Source: Promethearchaeota archaeon
GTDB lineage: Archaea > Asgardarchaeota > Hermodarchaeia > Hermodarchaeales > Hermodarchaeaceae
Length of the DNA: 64,000 bases
Assembly (NCBI GenBank): GCA_048939245.1
Contig: JBHLPR010000004.1
Coordinates: forward strand, 1-64,000
Direction of reading: 5' to 3'
Below the pieces are notes generated by a model. It was not told the DNA's origin and did not search any database. It saw only the letters and a list, made by a program, of their open reading frames with translations. Positions 9,848 through 19,358 of the stretch are shown here, piece after piece. The translations under genes and the position numbers were made by a program. Within the stretch, counting starts at the first letter, position 1. Each line of letters begins with the position of its first letter.

Positions 9848-10814
9848 AGCGTTTATAGGGATCTTCTCCGGGTTCAAGCTGCCAAGATTTTTCGTCTGTT
9901 TCTAAGCGTATTTGTTTCTTCTTGGTAAATGTACCGATGAGTGCCGCCTTTCGGTCAAACTTTTTTACCGCGTGAATTATTTCGTCTGCCACTTGGGGTT
10001 CAGTAACGATCAAAAAACTCCCAAAGGAAGAACAATAGAGCAGATTCCAATCCAAGTAGTTGGAAAGTGTGATGCTTGCTTCATCCCAAGGAATCTGATT
10101 GTATTGGATTGTGATTCCCTGTCCCGTTGCCCTTTGAAGCTCAAATAACGCCGTTGCTAAGCCTCCTTCCGCAAGGTCGTGTAACATTGTGATTTTTTCT
10201 TTTGGAAGGGCGTTAACCACGGGAACAACAGAAAAAGGGCTTAGGTCATTGGCAATCTCTTTACATTGTGATCGTGGGAGAATGGTTTCTACGGTTGAAG
10301 GTTCTACATTGGCGAGAAACCACAAGGTTTCCCTTGTAACGGGTCCGACGGCTATTAGTACATCATTGGGTTTTACTTTGAGGTCAGATATGGGTTCCTC
10401 TGGTAAAAGTCCAAAACACGTCGTTGTAATCAGAGGAACTTGAATTCCGTCATAGCCCCCTGTGTGTCCCCCGATGACCTTAAGATTAAGTTGTTGAGCT
10501 TCTCGTCCGAGTTGTTTCATAGTCATGGTGAGCCATTGCTTTTTGGTATTGGGCGGGTAATATACTCCTAAAGAGAGGAACTGGGGAGTGGCCCAAGCCA
10601 TAGCGACATCAGTTGCAGAATAGTGAGCAGCAAAAAAGCCATAGAACTGGAGTGGTATTCCTAAGACGGGATCTGAAGCAACGACCACGTTACCCTCAAT
10701 CCGTGTTGAGCCATAATCAAGAAGTACAGTACGCAAATCTTCAACTCGGGGAAGATGGGGGAATACCAATTTTTCAAGCTCATATAGCGGAAGTTTACCC
10801 TTGGGAAGGGTCAT
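9828..10814 (-). CDS. AIR synthase (PurM/HypE/ThiL superfamily) related protein
   Basis: GKLP, VASDPV, DVAM, IGGHTG, LHDLAEGGL motifs. Confidence 0.82.
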   Translation of the reverse strand: MTLPKGKLPLYELEKLVFPHLPRVEDLRTVLLDYGSTRIEGNVVVASDPVLGIPLQFYGFFAAHYSATDVAMAWATPQFLSLGVYYPPNTKKQWLTMTMKQLGREAQQLNLKVIGGHTGGYDGIQVPLITTTCFGLLPEEPISDLKVKPNDVLIAVGPVTRETLWFLANVEPSTVETILPRSQCKEIANDLSPFSVVPVVNALPKEKITMLHDLAEGGLATALFELQRATGQGITIQYNQIPWDEASITLSNYLDWNLLYCSSFGSFLIVTEPQVADEIIHAVKKFDRKAALIGTFTKKKQIRLETDEKSWQLEPGEDPYKRFTSHIA

Positions 10815-10886
10815 AATGATGGCACCTCTCATGAAACTGCATCTTTGCAGGTTATAACGAATACGGTTCACAGAAGAATAGACGGG

Positions 10887-11837
10887 TTACTCATGGGTGG
10901 TATTTCGGTCGGGTTGGGTGTGAGGTTCTCTAGCGATGAGAATGGTCGCGAGAAAAATCAGAGCTGCACCAAATGCCTGCCATATCGCCACAGGCTGTCC
11001 AAGAAATAGAAAACCAAAAATTACTGCACTTATAGGATCCAAGAGAAGGATAATAGCGGCAGCAGAGGCATCCACTTTTTCCACACCAACGTTGGTTAAG
11101 AGGTAGGGGATGGTAGTGGCAATCAAGCCAAAACCGAGTAATAGTAGCCATGCGAGGGGGGGTAGAAAGAGCTGGATTCCAACAATTCTAGGATCGGTTA
11201 CAAAGAGGCTAATGATACTAATAATCGGGGCCATCCAAAGCATTGCAAAGAAAAATCCCCAAAATGTTGTGACGGAGGGGCGATAGCCTTCATAGCCACT
11301 CCATTTTCGTCCTAAAACCATATAAATCGCTGCAAAACCTGCGTTGGATAAAGACAAGAGGATTCCTGCAATGGGGACTGCGACAAGATAAGGAAAGATG
11401 GGAATTGAAACAATCACTGCGCCTATGATTGAGAGAGGTACAGCAATGAGTCGGATTGGCGTCATTGATTCTTTCAGAAAGAGACGCCCTAAGATTAGGG
11501 TGATTGCGGGGTAGAGGTAGGTGATGGAGACAGCTACCACAACGGGTGTCCCGATGGCGATGGCAGTGATGTAGACGATGAGACTAAGAGCTAAACCAAG
11601 TAATCCGTAGACGCCAAATGGAGTCAGATGTTTGCGTTGAATGGTGATACCTCGAAAGGAATAGACAAGCCCGAGTCCGATGAAAATGTAGAGAACAGAG
11701 AATATTGTTCGAAAGAGAGCCTGTTGAAGTGAGGATACCCCCAAGAAGGTTAAGTAAAAGGAGAATACGGGGATAGTCCCAAAACACACAGCCGCGATGA
11801 TGAGACTCATATAGCTGATTTTTCGGGATTTGGCCAT
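10887..11837 (-). CDS. DMT/EamA family transporter
   Basis: About 10 TM helices in two EamA repeats (YLYPAITLILGRLFLKE; LLDPISAVIFGFLFLGQ). Confidence 0.9.
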   Translation of the reverse strand: MAKSRKISYMSLIIAAVCFGTIPVFSFYLTFLGVSSLQQALFRTIFSVLYIFIGLGLVYSFRGITIQRKHLTPFGVYGLLGLALSLIVYITAIAIGTPVVVAVSITYLYPAITLILGRLFLKESMTPIRLIAVPLSIIGAVIVSIPIFPYLVAVPIAGILLSLSNAGFAAIYMVLGRKWSGYEGYRPSVTTFWGFFFAMLWMAPIISIISLFVTDPRIVGIQLFLPPLAWLLLLGFGLIATTIPYLLTNVGVEKVDASAAAIILLLDPISAVIFGFLFLGQPVAIWQAFGAALIFLATILIAREPHTQPDRNTTHE

Positions 11838-11890
11838 CCACACTCACCTTGATAACTATTCAAGAGTTCAAATGCCCAGAACAAGTATAT

Positions 11891-12466
11891 CTATGTCTTA
11901 TAGAGTGTAACAGCATTTGCTCCACCCTGAAGTGCTTTGATATTATCTTTTTCAAAGCGTCGGAGTTTGTCATCAGTTTTTATTGTTTGTACTAATAGCG
12001 TGATGTCGATACGACCATCAATCGTGGCTAATGCCCCAAGAGAGGCAATGCCCATATATCTGACATTACCAAGTTTTTCGGCTAGTTTTCGTATTTCCGC
12101 TAGATAAATCGTAGTGCTGTTATTCTCTAGGAGATCTGCCAGCCCTAGTTGTACGGCTGTATTAGGAATTATTTCCGCTTCAAGTAGGAGCAGATCACTG
12201 CTGAGATCGGGGCTAATGGAGCAGCACTTCTTGAAAGCAGGTGTAGAGAGAACGATAAGGATATCTGGTTTCACAAAACCTAATTCATAGATTGGATTCG
12301 ATGAGATACTGAGATCTGCAGTGCAGGCACCACCTCGTGCAGCAGCACCGTGGGATTCTGTTTGGAGAACATGGAATCCTTTTTGCGTAAAGGTTAGCCC
12401 AAGAACACGGCTAGCGGTAACTACACCATAGCCACCATACCCTGCAAATCGAATCGTTATATGCAT
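11891..12466 (-). CDS. korC: 2-oxoacid:ferredoxin oxidoreductase gamma subunit
   Basis: IRFAGYGGYGVVTA, ESHGAAARGG; last gene of the D-A-B-C operon. Confidence 0.9.
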   Translation of the reverse strand: MHITIRFAGYGGYGVVTASRVLGLTFTQKGFHVLQTESHGAAARGGACTADLSISSNPIYELGFVKPDILIVLSTPAFKKCCSISPDLSSDLLLLEAEIIPNTAVQLGLADLLENNSTTIYLAEIRKLAEKLGNVRYMGIASLGALATIDGRIDITLLVQTIKTDDKLRRFEKDNIKALQGGANAVTLYKT

Positions 12467-12482
12467 TCTATACCAGGCCTCC

Positions 12483-13373
12483 TCACTGGTCCCAGAGTTC
12501 TTGCAGGTGTTCAATTACTGTTGGTTGAATGACTCGTTTGAACACGCCTAACTCAATGAACTTATTTTTAAATTTCAATTGATAGACCGGGTGCCCGAGA
12601 TTTTCTCCGGTTTTTTTACCTTTCAACGCCTTGAGCATCCATGCACCGGGATATCGCCTATACTGCTCTAGTTCTTCAGGGGAGAGAGTGGATTGAAACT
12701 CAGAGAAGAACCTTGCAGCATAAGTCGGGCATTGTGAAATAATTTCAATGAATGCAAATCCTGGATGAAGAATCGCCTCCTTGATTGTTGCGATGATTTC
12801 ATTCACATAGAATGTGGTCCATCGTGCAACGAAGCTTGCTCCAGCGCCTAATACGAGTTTCGCTAGATCAAACGGTGCTTCAGCATGTTGTGGATAAGTC
12901 GATGTTTGTACATGGAGTGGCGTAGTTGGCGCAGATTGACCTCCGGTCATACCATAATTGAGATTGTTGACAAGGATTACTGTCATGGGGATATTGCGCC
13001 GAGCGGCATGTATAAGGTGATTTCCACCAATAGCGGCTCCATCACCATCTCCTGTGAACACTACAACACGCAGGTTAGGGTTCATGACCTTTGCTCCGGT
13101 GGCAAAAGCAATTGCTCGCCCATGGGTTGTGTGAAGTGTATCACCCTTAAAGTGGGGACTTGGAATCCAAGCTGAACAGCCTATACCAGAAACGCCCAAG
13201 ATATCTTGGTGTCGAATCTTTTTAGCCTGAATGAGTTCATCGATTGCACGTACAAATCCATTCAGAATTGTTCCATTCCCACATCCTGCACAAAAGGCAC
13301 TGGGAAGATGGCGAAGGTAATTCTCGCGATAATATTGTTGAGGCCTCCCCAGCGATACTTTTGGTTTCGTCAT
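12483..13373 (-). CDS. korB: 2-oxoacid:ferredoxin oxidoreductase beta subunit (TPP-binding)
   Basis: FCAGCGNG, SGIGCS, HTTHGRA, GDGDGAAIGGNH, NYGMTGGQ, SQCP. Confidence 0.95.
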   Translation of the reverse strand: MTKPKVSLGRPQQYYRENYLRHLPSAFCAGCGNGTILNGFVRAIDELIQAKKIRHQDILGVSGIGCSAWIPSPHFKGDTLHTTHGRAIAFATGAKVMNPNLRVVVFTGDGDGAAIGGNHLIHAARRNIPMTVILVNNLNYGMTGGQSAPTTPLHVQTSTYPQHAEAPFDLAKLVLGAGASFVARWTTFYVNEIIATIKEAILHPGFAFIEIISQCPTYAARFFSEFQSTLSPEELEQYRRYPGAWMLKALKGKKTGENLGHPVYQLKFKNKFIELGVFKRVIQPTVIEHLQELWDQ

Positions 13374-14506
13374 GCGGGATCATCTCCCATAATTACTTCG
13401 AGAATTTCATCCGAATGATGGACCTCTCCTGCCACCTTGGGCACACTAATCACCTCAGTATGACATGCAAGGCGAGCAATTTCATTTACCATCATTCCCA
13501 TATTCATTTCCACCACAAGGACGCGAGGAATTTCTTTCAACAAATTTGTTAGTTGAGAAACATGAAGCGGCCAGAGGGTCTTCAAGCGGATGAAGCCCAC
13601 ATCAAGACCCTTTTTCCTTGCTCTTTGCACTGCCTGATAAGCTGGTCGAGCAGAAGCCCCAAAACTTAACACAACGGTTTGAGCAGAATCAAGATGCGTT
13701 GAGTCCAAATCGAGTCCCTCTTCCTGGAGAGCAAGTTCTGCTTGACGATTCTTCTCGAAGAGCCATTTGATTGTTTCACGATGAAAATGGGGAGTATAAT
13801 CTCGAACCCCTGTCGATCGATGTGCTGACCCAGTTACGAGCAGATTAAGTCCGTCACCAAATCGAGGCATTTCATATCGGAGGAAAATCTCTTCAGAATG
13901 AGAGTCTTGCATAGTGAGTTGCTGACGATTAACAATGGGGAACTTGCCTAGTTTTGGGATTGTAAGGGGTTCGCGCATGTAGCTGATTTCTCCATCAGTC
14001 ATGACTAAAGTTGGGGTCCGAAAGCGTTCAGCATAGTTGAATGCGTGAATGGTAAAATCGAACATTTCCTGGACGGACCATGGACTAAACGCAATCGGTG
14101 GAACATCACCATGGGTGCCAAACCGGGCCTGCATGATATCCTGTTGCCCTGGCATTGTGGCTTGCCCGGTACTTGGTCCGGAGCGTTGAGCATCAATTAT
14201 AACTACTGGCGTTTCGGTGAGATATGCATATCCGAGATTTTCCTGCATTAGACTGAAGCCGGGCCCAGAGGTGGCTGTCATTGCCTTTCCACCCGCCCAG
14301 GAGGCACCGATTATTGCGGCGATTGAGGCGATTTCGTCTTCCATTTGGAGATAGTAGCCTTTCACCTTGGGTAGACGTTGAGCCATCCATTCGACGATAC
14401 TAGTGGCCGGGGTTATAGGATAGCCCGCAAAGAAGCGGCAGCCGGCATAAATGGCGCCTTCAGCACATGCAGTACCCCCATCAACAAAGTGTAGGCCAGT
14501 TTTCAT
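13370..14506 (-). CDS. korA: 2-oxoacid:ferredoxin oxidoreductase alpha subunit
   Basis: AGYPITPAT, QMEDEIAS, TATSGPGFSLMQE, QRSGPSTG. Confidence 0.95.
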   Translation of the reverse strand: MKTGLHFVDGGTACAEGAIYAGCRFFAGYPITPATSIVEWMAQRLPKVKGYYLQMEDEIASIAAIIGASWAGGKAMTATSGPGFSLMQENLGYAYLTETPVVIIDAQRSGPSTGQATMPGQQDIMQARFGTHGDVPPIAFSPWSVQEMFDFTIHAFNYAERFRTPTLVMTDGEISYMREPLTIPKLGKFPIVNRQQLTMQDSHSEEIFLRYEMPRFGDGLNLLVTGSAHRSTGVRDYTPHFHRETIKWLFEKNRQAELALQEEGLDLDSTHLDSAQTVVLSFGASARPAYQAVQRARKKGLDVGFIRLKTLWPLHVSQLTNLLKEIPRVLVVEMNMGMMVNEIARLACHTEVISVPKVAGEVHHSDEILEVIMGDDPA

Positions 14507-14751
14507 TTCTCTTTCACCTCAATCATGATTGCAGCATCTGGACATCGTTTTTCACATAATCGGCATGGTACACCTTGTTTTCCCCGTACCAACATGCAAT
14601 TGGTTTCACCATTTTTGATAAGGCAGGGACTATGTCCACCCCATGCTGTGGGCTTATCTTCCGCTAAGATTTTCGTTGGACAAAAAAGGATGCAGATGCC
14701 ACAGCCTTTGCACAAATTCTCATCAACGGTGAGTTTGATGTACCGAGAGAT
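14503..14751 (-). CDS. korD: 2-oxoacid:ferredoxin oxidoreductase delta subunit (2x[4Fe-4S])
   Basis: CKGCGICILFCP and C..CRLCEKRCP. The frame is open up to ATC at 14751, which lies 8 nt after a GAGGAGG SD; start is uncertain (see findings). Confidence 0.85.
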   Translation of the reverse strand: MSRYIKLTVDENLCKGCGICILFCPTKILAEDKPTAWGGHSPCLIKNGETNCMLVRGKQGVPCRLCEKRCPDAAIMIEVKEK

Positions 14752-14821
14752 TCTTCATTCCTCCTCAAGTCATGTTTATGTTCCTACTCGTCGATGAATT
14801 TATATGAGCACCTAAAGTTTT

Positions 14822-16204
14822 ATGGAAAGACGATATGACAATGTCGTCATGATCAAAGCTGCCAGTAGTCGATTTCCTCGATGGCTTACCGCCGTTTTCA
14901 TGTTTGTCATTACTTTCGTACTCACCACTTTGACCTATTTTATTGATATTGTGGCGGCTCTATACTATTATATTACCATCCTCGCTGTGCTATGCCTTTG
15001 GCTATATGTTGATCGGCAACCACCTGAAGGTTTAGGGTTTCGTTTTGAACATCGTTGGTGGCTACAGATAACCCTTGGTATCTTCCTTGCGGGGATTGTG
15101 CTAGGACTTATCATCTGGTTCGAGACGCTAGTAGGTTGGGTGGCACTCACTCCGAGTTTTCTTAGTCAACCACTAGGTCTCGTAATTGGCTTTTTCGCAG
15201 TCTATGCGGTGAATCAGGCAGTAATCACTACTAGCGAAGAACTTGTGAGTCGAGGATATATCCAACAAAACCTTGGAACCAGTTTATCAATCCCGGCTAC
15301 GATTTTTATTTCTGCATTCATGTTTGCACTTTTTCATATACCAGCAATTATCTATCTAATGTTGACACCGATATTTGCCATAATCATGTTTTGTAATGTC
15401 TTTTTAGGCGGAGTCGTGTTAGGTTTAGCTTTTGCCCGGACCCAAAATCTCTGGTTATCTATTGGGCTCCATTTTGGTTGGAACACCATGTTATATCATA
15501 TTGTAGGAATTCGGGGAGATGGAGTGTTTCAATATCAAAGCCTAGCTTCAGAGATATTCACTGGAGGAACTACAGGTCCTGAAGCAGGGATATTAGGTAC
15601 TATTGGTTTCCTTTTTCTCATCATCATTATTTGGATTTGTACAAAAGAAGTTGATGGCCAACTCTTACGTACTTTTGAGCCGAAACCGCTTCTGATGTTT
15701 GCGGCTGGCTTCCTCGTCATTCTAATTCCTGTGGTATTAGGTCTGCTCTTAGCTGGCATGTGGATCTTTCTTGTTATCTGGATTGTATATGCGATTTTCT
15801 TTCTTCAGATATGGGAAAACCGAATTCTTTGTAGTCATTGTCCCTATTATGGTTCGGAGGGTCGAACTCTACGATGCCATGCAAATTATGGATTATACAA
15901 ACTGTGGAAATATAATCCAGCTCCAATGAGTCGATTGGAGCAGGCACAAATGGTAGTTGGGGTTGCAATCATGCTTGGGTTCCCCTTTCCATTCTTGTTT
16001 TGGGGTCAACAGTGGCTTTACCTAATATTTGCATCCTTTGGAGCAATTGTTCTTGGAGCGATTCTCTTTGGATGGTTATGTCTGCGGTGTGTGAATTTTT
16101 CTTGCCCTTTTAATCGCGTGCCCAAGAAGGAGATTTATGCCTTTTTGAAGGAACATCCTGAGATGAGAAAAGCCTGGAGGAGAAAGCGTTACAAAGGAAC
16201 ATGA
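14822..16204 (+). CDS. CPBP (CAAX/Abi) intramembrane metalloprotease fused to a Cys/His-rich membrane domain
   Basis: SEELVSRG, FALFH and GLHFGWN are intact. The C-terminal TM domain carries CSHCPYY..LRCH and CLRCVNFSCP. Confidence 0.8.
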   Translation: MERRYDNVVMIKAASSRFPRWLTAVFMFVITFVLTTLTYFIDIVAALYYYITILAVLCLWLYVDRQPPEGLGFRFEHRWWLQITLGIFLAGIVLGLIIWFETLVGWVALTPSFLSQPLGLVIGFFAVYAVNQAVITTSEELVSRGYIQQNLGTSLSIPATIFISAFMFALFHIPAIIYLMLTPIFAIIMFCNVFLGGVVLGLAFARTQNLWLSIGLHFGWNTMLYHIVGIRGDGVFQYQSLASEIFTGGTTGPEAGILGTIGFLFLIIIIWICTKEVDGQLLRTFEPKPLLMFAAGFLVILIPVVLGLLLAGMWIFLVIWIVYAIFFLQIWENRILCSHCPYYGSEGRTLRCHANYGLYKLWKYNPAPMSRLEQAQMVVGVAIMLGFPFPFLFWGQQWLYLIFASFGAIVLGAILFGWLCLRCVNFSCPFNRVPKKEIYAFLKEHPEMRKAWRRKRYKGT

Positions 16205-16215
16205 ACCGAAATTGG

Positions 16216-16842
16216 TTACTTCTCCTTATTTAATTTCAGGGCAAGTTTGGCAACGCGCGCTCCAACGAGTTGGCTATTCCGAATGGCGATTTCATCTTTA
16301 GGTGTTCCACGCCATGTGAAGCCTTCACTTTGGAGCCCGGTCATTCCAGCCCATGCTTCCTTTACTGGATCACCGACTCCCCCGGCTACAATCATTCCTT
16401 GCCCGAGTGCATAATTGATTATGGTAATTGCTGTGGTTTCTTGCCCTCCGTGCCTAAGACCTGCTGCAACAATAACGCCAACAATTTTATCGCGAAGGCG
16501 ATGATCGAGCATTTTTCTTGTTCGTGAGCGGTCGATGAGGTTCTTAAGAAGACCTGGGACGGTGGAGAAGTACGATGGACTAGCAAAAATAATGCCATGG
16601 GCTGCTTCCATTTTATCGAGAACCTTCGGAACATCATCCTTGACATCCTCTGGACACGACCTTTGCCGAACGCAATTATCACAGCCAGTACAAGGTAGGA
16701 TGTTATGATCTGCAAGGCGGAGTAGTTCGGTATTAACTTTGCCAACAGATTGGGCAGCTTCCAGCGATTTTGTTAACAGAAATTCCGAGCTGGATTTTTC
16801 TTTCTTTGGTGAGCCACAAATTCCCAAGACAGTGATTGTCAT
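16216..16842 (-). CDS. Iron-sulfur flavoprotein (Isf/flavodoxin-fold family)
   Basis: GICGSP, PCTGCDNC..SC, ASPSYF, LKNLIDRS, GGQETT. Confidence 0.92.
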   Translation of the reverse strand: MTITVLGICGSPKKEKSSSEFLLTKSLEAAQSVGKVNTELLRLADHNILPCTGCDNCVRQRSCPEDVKDDVPKVLDKMEAAHGIIFASPSYFSTVPGLLKNLIDRSRTRKMLDHRLRDKIVGVIVAAGLRHGGQETTAITIINYALGQGMIVAGGVGDPVKEAWAGMTGLQSEGFTWRGTPKDEIAIRNSQLVGARVAKLALKLNKEK

Positions 16843-16930
16843 AATAAGATGCTTCAGCATTGGTTATTATAATCCTTTACGGATTTCCCCAATATAATTC
16901 CTTGACCCTCTCAATGATAAGACAGCGAAA

Positions 16931-17572
16931 TCAACGTCGTTTTGATCCTTGAAGGCTTTGCTCAATGCGGTGAAGACCACTAGGAGTATTCACATTAGTG
17001 AATGTGAGAAGTTTGCTGTCAAATCTTTGAAGGGCAGTAGTTGAAAGGTATATCACACGCCCGATATTATCAATCAGACATTGCATCCGTTTATTTTGTT
17101 CTTCAAGACACGTAGATGCCACTTCTTGGGCGATTTCTGTTGCATAAACTGAGTGGAGCGGTTCGACCCAGCCATTAGGCCAGCGTGGAACAGCGGCATG
17201 ATGGTTTTCGACCATACTCCAAAGAATCTCAAAAAACATTTCATGGATTAACGGAGAATCGCAAGGGAGTAATTGGGTATATGGGCTCTTAGCGTGTTGA
17301 AAGGCGGTTAAAGCCCCAGCTAGAGGGCAGCGGATATCAGTCTTGATGTCTGTGAAGATTTGTTCTTCAGAGTAATGTGCAGAGAATAATTCACGATCCT
17401 CTATTGAATGGACGATTATGAGTATTTCATTTGCATAAGCTTCACAGGCATCCACCACATGTAAGAAAAGAGGTTTGCCTGCGACTATTGCAAGGGCTTT
17501 AGAGGGTTTGAAACGGTTACTTTGTCCACCGGCTAAGATCGCGACAGTAACTGGTTGCACTGCTAAATCCAC
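16931..17572 (-). CDS. mobA: Molybdenum cofactor guanylyltransferase
   Basis: ILAGGQSNRF..KAL, PLAG, LPCDSP, EPLHSVY, FTNVNTP. Confidence 0.93.
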   Translation of the reverse strand: MDLAVQPVTVAILAGGQSNRFKPSKALAIVAGKPLFLHVVDACEAYANEILIIVHSIEDRELFSAHYSEEQIFTDIKTDIRCPLAGALTAFQHAKSPYTQLLPCDSPLIHEMFFEILWSMVENHHAAVPRWPNGWVEPLHSVYATEIAQEVASTCLEEQNKRMQCLIDNIGRVIYLSTTALQRFDSKLLTFTNVNTPSGLHRIEQSLQGSKRR

Positions 17573-17951
17573 TCAACAACAAGCTGTTCATCCTTATGCG
17601 GCATCAGAAGTGAATAGAACTAAAAAGGTATTGATAAGCCGATTCATAAACCAAAAAACAGGGATAGTGTTGAAGGTATGGAATGTGGTCTCCCCTCCAA
17701 CAACAAATTAATATTCACCCTAGAACCTAAAAGGGGCAAAAAGAAGGTTTTAAAACACCAAATTCTTCGAATAACTTTAATTTTTTATATATTTTGAGGA
17801 TAAAAACTGTAATAGCAGCCTAAAACTCTAAAAAACCTTTCTAAGACTTTTAAATAGGATTCTAAGTTTGAACTCATAGAAAATATAATAGCAGAATAGC
17901 ACTTTATTACATAAAAGTCGCCTATAAACCAATACACCAGGGATATGCAGT

Positions 17952-19340
17952 ATGTCCAAAGAAGCCTTTGACAAACTAGAGAACCGAATCCTCTCACGTT
18001 TAGATCCACAGGATCGACGCGATGTGCGGAGCTTACTCCGGAATGTTACACTCTTTATTAGACGAATTGAGAGGACACACCTTAGTGAAGGAGAAAAGAA
18101 CTACCCGAGTCATCCACTTTTCTCTCACAGAGACCAAAAAGGAGGGCAAAATACAGCAGAAACCTTGCGTTATCGTTTACAATTTGTTGACCGATTTCAC
18201 ATTGATAAGAAGCAATACATCATCGATGTGTTGACCCAAAACGTACCCATGGGAGGTAAAAAACAATTATCAACCCGTAAAGCGCAAATCCTTTGGCAAT
18301 TATTTCAAGATCCAATCATACCAAAATACCAAATTGCGAAGAAAATAGGTACGACACCTCGCACAGTTTCGAAGGATTTAACGGAACTGGAACAGGATTA
18401 TGCACTGCGCGTTTTCACGAATATTGATCCACATAAATTCCATTTAACCATGCGCATCATAATGTTTGAGACTTACTCCTTTAATCATACTAAGAAGTTG
18501 GAAAAATTTGTATCAAACCATCGTGGGTTTCTACTATACTTTCGACTCGATCAAGACATGCGTCAAGGAACTGTCACTTTTCGTTATCCAGACCAGCCAA
18601 ATGGGCATCAAATGTTTGAGAAACGATATAGCTGGCTTAATGATGAATTCTTCAAAGAATCTTATCAGATTCAAGCCCTCGGACTATACCAATCGATTTC
18701 TTTCGAGATGTATAACCCAACAATACATGCATTCTCAATCGAACCAGAAATAGTGTCACAAGTTCCCTTTGATTACAGTAGGCAGTCCATAGATACTCTT
18801 CCGCAACCTCGTGGATTTGACTTCACCGAGTCTTTTGATTTTGATCAAGCAGATTTTCTGTTATCAGGAATCTTGTATTCATCTGGACCTCTTACACACC
18901 CGGAGTACAAACAAAATTTGTTAGCCCGATTTGGAATTAATTACTCGATGAAAACAATCTGGAAAAAACAGCAACGTTTACGAAAGGAGAAAGCGGGGTA
19001 TCCGATGATTGAATTACAAATTCCGGGCTTCGATGAAGATATGATGCTAGTTGTATTCTGCACACCTAAAGCTACTTCAGCGATTCGTGCCATCTCTGCT
19101 TTTCTTCCATCAGTGATGTTCATCAATACCAATTCTGGCTGCCTATTGCGGATTCAACGCCCTGTTCACACATCTGCTCTCACAGGTCAACTGATTCGGA
19201 AAATCCATAATCAACAAGGAGTAACTGATGTCAAACTACTTCGCTACAAACAAAGATTACAAACACCATTATTACCTGCGATTGTCAATCGATGGAATGC
19301 AGCAGAACAAGAATGGCAGCTTGAAGAAGGAGACATTTAG
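17952..19340 (+). CDS. Large double-HTH (tandem Lrp/AsnC-like) putative transcription regulator, paralog 1
   Basis: HTH KYQIAKKIGTTPRTVSKDLTELE; second HTH-like YSMKTIWKKQQRL; Trp-containing motifs closing each half. Homologous to 19359-20792 and 24484-25920. Confidence 0.65.
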   Translation: MSKEAFDKLENRILSRLDPQDRRDVRSLLRNVTLFIRRIERTHLSEGEKNYPSHPLFSHRDQKGGQNTAETLRYRLQFVDRFHIDKKQYIIDVLTQNVPMGGKKQLSTRKAQILWQLFQDPIIPKYQIAKKIGTTPRTVSKDLTELEQDYALRVFTNIDPHKFHLTMRIIMFETYSFNHTKKLEKFVSNHRGFLLYFRLDQDMRQGTVTFRYPDQPNGHQMFEKRYSWLNDEFFKESYQIQALGLYQSISFEMYNPTIHAFSIEPEIVSQVPFDYSRQSIDTLPQPRGFDFTESFDFDQADFLLSGILYSSGPLTHPEYKQNLLARFGINYSMKTIWKKQQRLRKEKAGYPMIELQIPGFDEDMMLVVFCTPKATSAIRAISAFLPSVMFINTNSGCLLRIQRPVHTSALTGQLIRKIHNQQGVTDVKLLRYKQRLQTPLLPAIVNRWNAAEQEWQLEEGDI

Positions 19341-19358
19341 TCCACAAGGAGAGACAAT

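Noticed and set aside
17573-17951. AT-rich intergenic region with a repeated CAACAACAA and short ORFs (possible origin or small peptides)
   Set aside because: No ORB-like repeats or adjacent cdc6; the repeats are low-complexity and the ORFs have no support.
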